Shown here in pieces: positions 54,180-64,000 of a stretch of DNA of 64,000 nt (position 1 is its first letter; every line of letters starts with the position of its first letter). The stretch spans positions 27,282,001-27,346,000 of the forward strand of contig NC_086109.1 in the NCBI RefSeq assembly GCF_963921235.1. Reading direction: 5' to 3'. The notes beneath the pieces were generated by a model. The model saw nothing but the letters and a program-made list of their open reading frames with translations. It was not told the origin of the DNA and made no database searches. Made by a program: the position numbers and the translations under genes. The DNA is from Mobula hypostoma (lineage: Eukaryota).

Positions 54180-57100
54180 GGGGGCAGCTGCAACTGCAGA
54201 GCATTCTGACTGGTTGTATCTCTACCTGATATGAAGACGTCAATACACAGGATCAAGAGAGGCCCCAGAGGGTTGTGGACTCAGCCAGCTCCATAACAGG
54301 CACAAGCCTACCCAGCCTCGAGGAAATCTTCAGGAAGGTGGCATTTATCATTGAGACTATAAGACTGTAACACATAGGAGCAGAATTAGGCCATTTGGCC
54401 CATTGAGTCTGCTCCACCATTCAATCATGGCTGATTCTTTTTTATCCCCCTCCTCAGTCCCACTCCCCGGCCTTCTCCCTGTTACCTCTGTTGCCATGGC
54501 TAATCAAGAACCTATCAATTGCTGCCTTAAATACACCCAAAGACCTGGCCTTCACAGCTGCCTGTAGTAACAAATTCCACAAACTCGCCACCTTCTGGCT
54601 AAAGAAATTTCTCTGCATCTCTGTTTTAAATGTCTATCCTGAGGCTGTACCCTCTTGTCCTAGACTCCCCCACCATGGGAAAGATCCTTTCCACAACTAC
54701 TCTCTCTAGGCCTTTCAACATTCAAAAGGTTTCAATGAGACTCCCCCCTCACCCTTCTAAATCCTAGCAAGTATAGGCCCAGAGTCATCAAACATTCTTC
54801 GTATGATAACGCTATCATTCCCAGCATCCTCTGAACCCTCTCCAATACCAGCACATCTTCTCTTAGATAAAGAGCCCTGAAATGGTTCACAATACTCAAG
54901 GTGAGAGCTCACCAGTGCCTTATAATGCCTCAGCATTGCATTCTTGCTCTTGTATTCTAGACCTCTTGAAATGAATGCAAACATTGCATTTGCCTTCCTC
55001 ACCACCGACTCTACCTGCAAGATAACTTTTGTGTGTTCTGCACAAACTCCAAAGTCCCTGTGCATCTCAGGTTTTTGTATTTTCTCACTGTTTAGAAAAT
55101 AGTCTGCACATTTAATTCTTCTACTAAAGTGCATTACCGTGCATTTTCCAGCATTCTATTTCACTTGCAACTTTCTTGCCCATTCTCCTAATCTGTCTAA
55201 ATCCTTCTTCAGCCTTCCTGTTTCCTCAACATTACCTGCCCCTCACCAAACTTTGTATCATCTGCAAACTTGGCAACAAAGCTATCTATAACATCATCTA
55301 AATCATTGAGATACAGCATAAAAAGATCCTTTTATTCCCGTTTGCTGCCTCCTACCAATCAGCCAATGGCCTAACCATGCTAGTAGCTTTCCTGTAATAG
55401 CATGGGCTCTTAACTTGGTAAGCAGCCTCATGTGTGGCACCTTGTTACAGGCATTATGAAAATCCAAATATTCAAAATCCATTGCATCCCTTTTATCTAT
55501 CTGACTTGTAATCTCCTCAAGGAATTCCTACAGGTTCAGCAAGCAAGATTTTCCCTTCTGGAAACCACACTGACTTTGTACTATCTTTTCCTGGTTGAGC
55601 AAGTACTCCATAACCTCATCATTAAAAATTGACTCCAATATCTTCCCAACCACTGAGGTCAGGCTAATTTCCTTTCCACTACACCTCTCCTTTTTTTTTA
55701 AAGAGTGAAGTGACATTTGCAATTTTCCAGTTCTCCGGAACCAAGTCAGAGTCCAATGATTCTTGAAAGATCATTACTAATGTCTCCACAGTCTCTAACA
55801 TTACCTCTTTCAGAACCCTAGAGTGCAGTTCATCTGGTCTGGGTAACTTGTATACCTTTAGGTCTTTCAGCATTTTGAGCACTTTGCAATAGTAACTGTA
55901 CTCACCTCTCTTCCCTTGCACCCTTCAGCATCTGGCACACTGCTAGTGTCTTCCACAGTGAAGACTGATGCAAAATACTCACTTAGTTCATCTGCCATCT
56001 CCTTGTCCCCTGTTATTATTTCTCCAGTCTCATTTTCTAGCGGTCCTAAAACAACTCTTCTCTTTTTTATTTTTTATATACTTGAAACAGCTTTTTCTAT
56101 CCACCTTGATATTGTTTGCTAATTTGCTTTCGTATTTTATCTTTTCCTTCCTAATGATTCTTTTAGTTGTTTTCTGTATGTTTTTAAAAGCTTCCTAATC
56201 CTCTATGTTCCCGCTAATAATTGGTTTGTTGAATCCCCTCTCTTTTGCTTTTACGTTAGCTTGGACTTCCTTTGTCAGCCATGGTTGTACTATTTTACCA
56301 TTTGGGTATTTTCTTTTTGTCTTTGGGATACATCTATCTTGAACTTTCCTCATTTTTTCCAGAAACTCAAGCCATTGCTGTTATCTCTGCTAGCATCTCT
56401 TTCCAACTTACTTTGGCCAGCTCCTCTCTCATACCACTCTAACTTCCTTCACTCCACTGAAGTACTGCTATGTCAGACTTTACTTTCTCCTTATCAAATT
56501 ACAAGTTGAACTCCATCATTTTGAGATCACTGCCTCCCTAGCGTTCCTCTGCCTTAAGCTCCCCAATTGCCTCTGGTTCATTAAATAACACCCAATCCAG
56601 AATTGCTGATCCCCAATAGCCCCAATGACAAACTGCTCTCAAAAAGCCACCTTGTAGGCATTCAACAAATTCATTCTCTTGAGATCCACTACCAACCTGA
56701 CTTTCCCAAGCTACCTGCATGCTAAAATATCCCACGACTATCATAACATTGCCCTTTTGACATGTCTTTTTCTATTTCCCATTGTAATCTGTAGTCCACA
56801 TCCCAGCTACTGTTTGAAGGCCTGTATATATCTGCCATCAGTGTGCTTTTACACTTGCAGTTTCTTAACTCAACCCACAAGGATTCAATATTATCCATTC
56901 CTATGTCACATCTTCCCAATGATTTGATGCCATTCCTTACCAGCAGAGCCATGCCACCCCCTCTGCCTACCTTCCCATCCTTCTGATACAACATGTAATC
57001 TTGAACATTCAACTCCCAACTATCTCCTTCAGCGACAATTCAGTAATGGCCACAACATCATGCTTGACAATCTGTAAAAGTGAAACAAGATTATCCACAT

Positions 57101-58700
57101 TATTTTTTATAATCGTGCTATAACACCTTGAGTTCTGTATTTGCTACCCTTTTTGATTCTGCATCCCTAATGCACTGAAAGTCACCCTGCTGGTGCAATT
57201 TTGTCCTATCATCTGCCTGCCCTTTCTGACAGTCTGACTGCACGCTATCTTTGCTTTTTGACCATCTGTCCTATCCTAAGTGCCTTCAGTCTGGTTCCAA
57301 TCCCACTGCCATATTAGTTTAAACCCTCCCCAACAGCTCCAACAAACTTGCCCATGGGAATATTGGTTCCCCTCAGGTTCAGATGCAACCCATCCCTCTT
57401 GTACAGGTCATACCTCCCCCAGAAGAGATCCCAATGATCCAAGAACTTGAAGCCCTGCCCCCTGCACCAACTTCTCAGCCTGCCAAATCATCCTGTTTCT
57501 AACCTCAATGGTGTGTGGCACAGATAGCAATCCAGCAATCCCACACTCCAGAAATCACTATCTGGGAGGTCCTGCCTTTTAGCTTTCTGCCCAGCTCTCT
57601 AAATTCTCTCTTTAGGACCTTTTTGTTTTTCCTTGCTATATCATTGGTACCAATATGTACCAAGGCATCTGGCTGCTCTCCCTCCCCCTCCAAAATGCTG
57701 TGGGCATGATCCGATCCGTGGCATCTGGGAGGCAACATACCATCCAGATGTCCTATTCACATCCACAGTATACTGATTATTGAGGAGAATGGCCACAGAG
57801 GTGCTCGGAGCTAACTGTCTATTCACCTTCCAATTCCTTCTCCTGACAGTCACCCAGCTACCTACCTCCTGCAACTTCGGGGTGACTACTTCCCTGTGCC
57901 TCTGACTGATGATCTCCTCACTCTCCCGTACAAGCCGGAGGTTATCCAGCTGCTGCTCCAGATCCCTAACACTGCCTTCAAGGAGCTGCAGTTGGATGCA
58001 CTTCACACAGATGTAGTTCCCTCAGAGACTCTGGGTCTCCCAGGTCTCTCACATCCAGTATGAAGGACGCACAATAGCCAATTAAACTTCATTAAGTACC
58101 CCTGACACAGTAGGAAAAAAAGGAAACTTAACAGAAACTTACCCGGACAGCTTTTCCAGAGCCAATGCCTCTGCCAAGCCGAAGGCTCCTTTGAGCCAAA
58201 GCCTGACTCTCACCACTGTCCCACTCCCAACAATGGCTGCTCTGCTTGTCCCTTCTGTACTTTTACTTACTTCTCTCTGCATTGCTTCTGGCACTGACTG
58301 GGCCGTCGGAATGATCCCGAATGCCCGCGAAGCTCTCTTTTTAAATGAGCACGGCACACCTGCGAGAAACCTTCTCACTGGGCACTTCTCCTGCTGCTGA
58401 TGGGGCTGTCGTAAGTACGCCAACCATCTGGGACATGCCCTCTTCTCATTACTACCATCGGAGAGGAGGTACAAAAGCCCAAAGACACACATTCAACATT
58501 TTGACAACAGCTTCCTCCCCGCTGGAATTAGATTTCTGAAATGTCCATGAAACACGCTATTCCTCTTTTGCACCATCTCTCTGATGATCTGTCTATCCAT
58601 CTCTCTCTTGCTCTATCTATCATTGTAACTTACAGAATTTTTTTTATATCTTGCATTGTAATGCTGCCATAAATCAACAAATTTCATATGTTCTTGATAA
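54180..58700 (+). mobile_element. Rex1/Babar-like 3' fragment in two halves (54180-54353 and about 58420-58700), separated by a CR1
   Basis: Left half SILTGCI..QRVVDSA..AFII; right half HLGHALFSLLPSERRYKS..NSF. Collinear with copies at 39545 and 43290. Confidence 0.75.
54354..58270 (-). mobile_element. Near full-length decayed CR1 LINE: 5' UTR, ORF1 (CxxC plus SGNH esterase-like), ORF2 (APE plus RT), 3' tail
   Basis: NYICVKCIQLQLLE and EQPDALVHIGTNDI..RELGRKLKGRTSQIVISG (57505-58060); ORF2 fragments 56722..57012, 56538..56744, 55679..55921, 55528..55722, 54757..55134. Confidence 0.9.
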
Positions 58701-58959
58701 AAAAATTAAGATATTAAGGAATGAGAATCCATACTTGCAAACATTTATTTTGCATGTTGGAGAGGTCATATAGTGATGGATCACATCCTGCCATTACAAT
58801 TCAGAAAAATATCTGTTGAAATTAATAGAAAAAATAGGGACCACAATTTGTAGTTATTGCATCTAGTCAGTGTCTATCTTTCAGTGAAATACTGGAAAGC
58901 CTTCTAATGGAGAAGGCAACTCCTGATTTCTAAATTTCATCATTAATCAGTCTGATTTG

Positions 58960-59260
58960 CATGGAGGAGGTTCACAAGAACGGTCGTGGAATGAAAGGGT
59001 TAACATATAGTATGGGGAGTGTTTGATTGCTGTGGGAGCAGATGGTGAATATATGGAATTAATTGCCTCATATGGCTGTAGAGGCCAAGTCATTGGGTAT
59101 ATTTAAAGTGGAGGTTGATAGTTTCTTGATCAGCAAGAGCATCAGAAGTTGTGGGGACAAGGCAGGAGAATTGGGTTGAGAGGGATAATAAATCAGCCAT
59201 GTTGGGATGGACAATCAGATTCAAGAGGCCAAAAGGCCTAATTCTGCTCCTGTGCCTTTA
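58960..59260 (+). mobile_element. CR1 LINE 3' fragment, internally deleted
   Basis: MVNIWN*LP remnant; ggcctaattctgctcc 3' UTR. Confidence 0.75.
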
Positions 59261-59608
59261 TTATTTATTACACAAAAGCTGAGCCATTTAGCAAAGTAGT
59301 AGAATAACAGTACAAAAATTGAAAATTGAATTATAGATTCTCCTTGAGCTGAGTTAGTAGTGGGTCAGGGAATAATGATGATAGGGCACAGCTCTATAAC
59401 TTTCTTCGGAGCATTCTTCAGAGCTGCCTTAAAGCAATCACAGCCATGTTATTAATGTATTACCAGTTAACCTCAGCCAGTGCAAAGGCAACACACAGAA
59501 CTCATTTCAACTCCACTCTTTTGAGACACACTTCAATCATAAAATCTGATAGATTTTGAAGTTGAGTGCACAATAGATGTGAGGGAGAAAATAGAATGTA
59601 GATCTGTC

Positions 59609-59826
59609 AAGGCCTTGAGCTTTTGTCATTCCTCACTGGATGTCATGCTAAGCTCTGTGATGGGCTCCGCGTGACATATTTCCTGCTAATGCAAACAGGG
59701 GCTTGCAGGCCATATCAGAATGGTGTGGCTGGAGGTTGCCACAGAGGTGAGCAAGGAGAATTCATTCTCCATTCTTAAATTCACTCTCACAAGCCGTTCA
59801 ATGAACTCATCTGATCAGGAATGGTG
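59609..59826 (+). pseudogene. Second fossil Harbinger Myb/SANT-like domain
   Basis: KALSFCHSSLDVMLSSVMGS / RDIFPANANR / VWLEVATEVSK / HKPFNELI*SGMV, collinear with APRFSDxSLEVLLxxV..RRxVLFP..WxEVAxEVS..RKRFNDLxRSGKV. Confidence 0.7.
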
Positions 59827-60039
59827 TACGCATTGACACATGCCCCTAGACCCTGATGTGAGTACACACCACCCCCATTACCTGTTCTCCACATCACGAC
59901 TCACAATGTACTCTACTTACAGGTATAGGTTAATCATAGCACTGATAAGGTTAGCATCAGATTTCTAAGGAACTATTAGTTTTTGTGTGCTTAAATCCCT
60001 GTCTACTCTCATACATATGGTTAAAATTCAATGTAATAA

Positions 60040-60725
60040 GTCAAAGAGTCATAGAATAAGGAAACACACCCTTCAACTCAATGTGTCCATGCTGACTGTG
60101 TTGCCCAGTTAGCTAGTTCCATCTGCATATGCTTGGCCAATAGCCCTACAGACCTCTCTTATCCATGTACTTACCTAGATGGGGTGGCACGGTAGCATAG
60201 TGGTTAGCACAACACTTTGCAATACCAGCGACCCGGGTTCAATTCCCGCCACTGCCGGTTAGGAGTATGTATGATCTCCTGATGACTGCATGGGTTTCTT
60301 CTGGGTTCTCCAGTTTCCTCCCACAGCCCAAAAAAGTATTACTTGGTAGGTTAATTGGGCATTGTGAATTGTCCTTTGGTTAGGCTAGGATTAAATTTGG
60401 AGATGGCTGGGTGGTGTGACTCGAAGGGCCGGAAGGGCCTATTACGCGCTGATTCTCAATAAATAAATAAATAAATAAAATGTTGCGAATGTGCCTGCCT
60501 CACCCACTATTTATAGCAATTCATTCCAAATATGCACCACCTTTTTCATGAAGATGTCCCTTTAAAATCTCTTGCCTCTGATCTTGAACACATGCCCTCT
60601 TGTTTCCAGCATCCCTTCCTTGGAAAAAAGGCTACGTGCTATCACCCTGTCTATGTCTCTCATGATATTTTTTTACCTGTATCAAGTCATTCCTCCCCAC
60701 CCAATCTCCTACATTCCAGAGAATA
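60040..60725 (-). mobile_element. CR1 LINE 3' fragment split by a SINE
   Basis: agtcatagaa tail at the left; atccatgtacttacct resumes as aatgttgcgaatgtgcctgcctc after the SINE. Confidence 0.7.
60181..60480 (+). mobile_element. Full-length tRNA-headed SINE
   Basis: A box TAGCATAGTGG, B box GGTTCAATTCC, CR1-like 3' segment gaagggccggaagggcct, (AAAT)n tail. Confidence 0.88.
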
Positions 60726-60744
60726 ATGATAATCTAATTTACTG

Positions 60745-61236
60745 AGCAACACACAAAATGCTGGAAGAACTCAGCAAGCGAGGCAAAATACAGTCGACAT
60801 TTCAGGTTGAGACCCTTCATCAGGACTAGAAAAAAAGATGAGAAGTCAGAGTAAGAAAGTGGGAGGAGGGGAGGAAAAACCATAAGGTGATAGGTGCAGT
60901 GGTAGTGGTAATGTCCCCCACCCCTCCTTCCCCTTTTCCCTCTCTCACATCTCCTTGCCTGCCCACCAACTCCCTCTGGTGCTCCTCCCCCATTTTCCTT
61001 CTTCCATGGCCTTCTTTCTCTTTCACCTATCAACCTGCAAGCTCCTTACTTCATTCCTCCCCCTTCAGGTTTCACCCATCACCTCGTGTTTCTCTCTCCC
61101 CTCCTCCCACTTTTTAAATCTACTCCTCAGCTTTTTTTATTCTCCAGTCCTGTCAAAGACTTTCGGTCTGAAACGTCAATAATACTCTTTTCCATAGATG
61201 CTGCCTGAATTCCTCCAGCATTTTGTGTGTGTTGCT
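60745..61236. mobile_element. Penelope-derived element made of two inverted terminal segments
   Basis: agcaacacacaaaatgctggaagaactcag ... ctgaattcctccagcattttgtgtgtgttgct; the purine-rich left arm mirrors the pyrimidine-rich right arm. Confidence 0.75.
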
Positions 61237-62784
61237 GTGATAGTGGGTCTGGGTTAGCACATGGTCGAAGAGTCGGAGGGGTGAGCACATGGTTTCTCTT
61301 GTACCGAACTGACTGATTTTGTTTTGTCAAATGGTGTGAATTGTGTGACCCACTTTTTAATAATTCAACTTACACTCAATAACAAGCCTCATAACTAGCT
61401 TCCTCTAACCAAGAATCATGTGCACGCTGAAAATGAAGAAGCAACACTTTAACTGAGTATTTTAGTAGAGCATTAAGAGATATCAATTAGAATTATAAAT
61501 AAATGCCCCCAAACCATTAATTTCAGAGAATGTAACCCTCTCATGTAATTGAGTCTGCCTTAACTAAACTTAAACATGGAAGCTCATAATTTGCTGTAGT
61601 AATGGATTTGATGGCATTGGCTAATGGTTAGATTTGCCAGTACACGTTTAAGTTCTTAGACTTTCTGAAGGGAGACTTGCTGAAAGAATGAGTCATCATG
61701 GAAATGAGAGAAAAAGTTATCTGCTACCTGAGTGAACAGGGAAAACAGCTGGGTCTCTCCTTAATCGCATTCATGGAATGGGAATTAATCAGACATTTTA
61801 AATCTCCAACCACAATTAAATCTGGACAAAAGTTGGAAAGAGGATGAATCACAATAATGAGCAAATATCATGTTGTGAAAAAGAGTACTTAGACTAAATT
61901 GGTCAAGTCTTAATTTTCTGGTTGTGGATTTAATTCATATTTATTATTCAAATACAACAAACTCCCATCACTTCAATGGTAAGCCAGAGAGCAAAATGCC
62001 TCTTCCCTGTAAGCTAATGATTTCTTTTTGGGACAGAAAGTTTAGTTTCCTGCCTTTAACCATGTAATTGCCCTTAAATGAATGTGAATAGCATTTGCTA
62101 CTGGCATAGATTTTCCCATTTTTCAGAAAATTATGGGCTAGTTATTAACACAAGGGTTTCTGCAGATACTGGAAATCCAGATTGACACACAAAAAGTGCT
62201 GTGGGAGATCAGCAGGTCTCAGCAGCATCTATAGAGGGGAATAAACAGTAAAAGTTTTGGCAAAGGCCAGTTATTTTAATTTATCACCTCTAGTCAACTT
62301 TAAAGATGAGAAGCAATGGACACTGTAATCACGATTTCTCAGCAAATTTCTCTTGGAATTGTGGAGTTTTTGTTTATAATATTTTTAAATTAGTCAATTT
62401 TCCATGTAAGCAATACATGAGTATTATATCTCATGTATCTGTAAAGGAAATATATTCCACATTGTAATAACGCTCTTAATGAAACTATATTTTCTAGTTT
62501 ATCCCCACAAAGTTCCACTGCTAAAATGAACTCAATGTGCTGTTCCTGGGATTAGGTTGGCATCATAGTCAGCATTGATGGTTGGTCCAAAGGGCCATTT
62601 CTGTGCTGTACGCCTCTATGATTCTAGTAATAAACAGATGGTATTATTTAGCCTCTCCAAATGTCTACTAACTTTGGAAATAATTCTAAAACAACATTAT
62701 ACCTGTTCTAAGGCATTTATATTATATTATACCTGTTCTAAAACAATTCTAAGGCATTTCTAAAACAACATTATATTTCCATCA

Positions 62785-63157
62785 GACCATAACACCATAA
62801 AATGCAAGAGCAGAATCAGACCATTTGACCCATCGAGTGTGCTCCATTTCATCATGGCTGATCCATTTCTCTCTCAGCCCCAATCTCCTGCCATTTCCCA
62901 ATATTCCTTCATGCCTTGACTAATCAAATTCTGCCTTAAGTATGCCAATAACTTGGCCTTCACAGCCACCTGTGGCAACGCATTCCACAGATTCACCACC
63001 CTCCGACTAAAGAAATTCCTCCTCATCTCTGTTCCTCCTTTCTGATGTTGAGTCCTCTAGACTTATACTCCATCACCATAGGAAACATCCTCTCCACATC
63101 TACTCTATTGATGCCTTTCAACCTTTCATAGGTTTTAATGAGATCCCCCCTCATTTC
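62785..63157 (-). mobile_element. CR1 LINE 3' fragment
   Basis: accataacaccataa tail; cattccacagattcaccaccctc (reverse complement of RVVNLWNA). Confidence 0.8.
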
Positions 63158-63158
63158 A

Positions 63159-63792
63159 AGCAACACACACAAAATGCTGGAGGAACTCAGCAGGCCAGGC
63201 AGTATTTATGGAAAAGAGCACAGTCAAAGTTTTGGGTTGAGACCCTTCAGCAGGACTGGAGATAAAAAAAAAAGATGAGGAGTAGATTTAAAAGGTGGGC
63301 GAAGGGGAGGGAGAAACACAAGGTGAATTCAGGAGGGGAGGGGTGAAGTAAAGAGCTGGGAACTTGATTAGGTGAAATAGATACAGGGCTGGAGAAGGCG
63401 CAATCTAATAGCAGATGTTGTAGAAGGCTATGGAAGAAAGAAAAGGGGGAGGGGAGAGAAACTCAAGAGGGTGACAATGGGCAGAGAAGGAGATAAGATG
63501 AGAAAGGGAAAAGGGGATGGGTAATGATGAAGGGGGGGGGCAATACTGGAAGGTTGATATATTGATGTTCATGCCATCAGGTTGGAGGCTACCCAAATGG
63601 AATATAAGGTGTTGTTCCTCCAACATGAGTGTGGTCTCAGTGTGATAGTGCAGGAGGCCATGGACTGACATATCATAATGGGAAGTGGAATTAAGTGGTC
63701 ATTGGGAGATCCCACTTCCCCTGGCGGATGGTGCTCAGATGCTTGGCGAAGCGGTCTCCCAATCTACGTCGAGCCTCACCAATATACAGGAG
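63159..63792 (-). mobile_element. Penelope-like retroelement 3' fragment with GIY-YIG endonuclease remnant
   Basis: Minus strand LYIGEARRRLGDRFAKHL (about 63735-63790) and MSVHGLL..LEEQHLIFHLGSLQPDGMNI (ORF 63405..63671). Confidence 0.85.
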
Positions 63793-64000
63793 TTCATTTC
63801 AATCTGTTTTTCACAACAATATATTATCATTATCCTTTCACCAACTCTTTCAGTAAATTCCTAGCATGAATTGCTAAGCCAGTAACACACAAAACGCTGG
63901 AGGAACCCTGCAGATCAGGCAACATCTATGAAGGGAAATGGATAGCCGATGTTTCAATTCCCTCCACAGATGATATCTGACCTGCTGAATTCCTTCAGTG

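Noticed and set aside
60181..60255. tRNA-like sequence with A and B boxes
   Set aside because: It is a SINE head: it continues into a SINE body and an (AAAT)n tail, and many decayed copies occur in the window.

Overview
This window is eukaryotic vertebrate genomic DNA, not prokaryotic. The repeat repertoire suggests a cartilaginous fish, probably a ray or skate (inference). It lies inside a minus-strand copine gene, closest to CPNE5 within the CPNE5/8/9 group. Three coding exons (12603-12649, 8540-8721, 2422-2549) have canonical GT-AG ends and splice in frame to give part of the VWA domain. I found no further copine exon between 12650 and 64000, so that stretch looks like one intron of more than 51 kb. 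It is filled with decayed, often nested transposable elements: CR1 LINEs (one near full length with an esterase-type ORF1), Rex1/Babar-like LINEs, an L1 with a twin-priming-type inversion, Penelope fragments, tRNA-headed SINEs, an RTE/BovB-type short element, and Tc1, pogo/Tigger and hAT non-autonomous elements. The least obvious content is a set of heavily decayed PIF/Harbinger fossils that no ORF in the track shows recognisably: a transposase and a convergent Myb/SANT partner at about 44.7-49.4 kb, plus a second Myb/SANT copy at about 59.7 kb. I found no convincing new biological system. All family assignments come from motifs recognised by eye, without database searches. Repeat boundaries are approximate unless a TSD or TIR is given.
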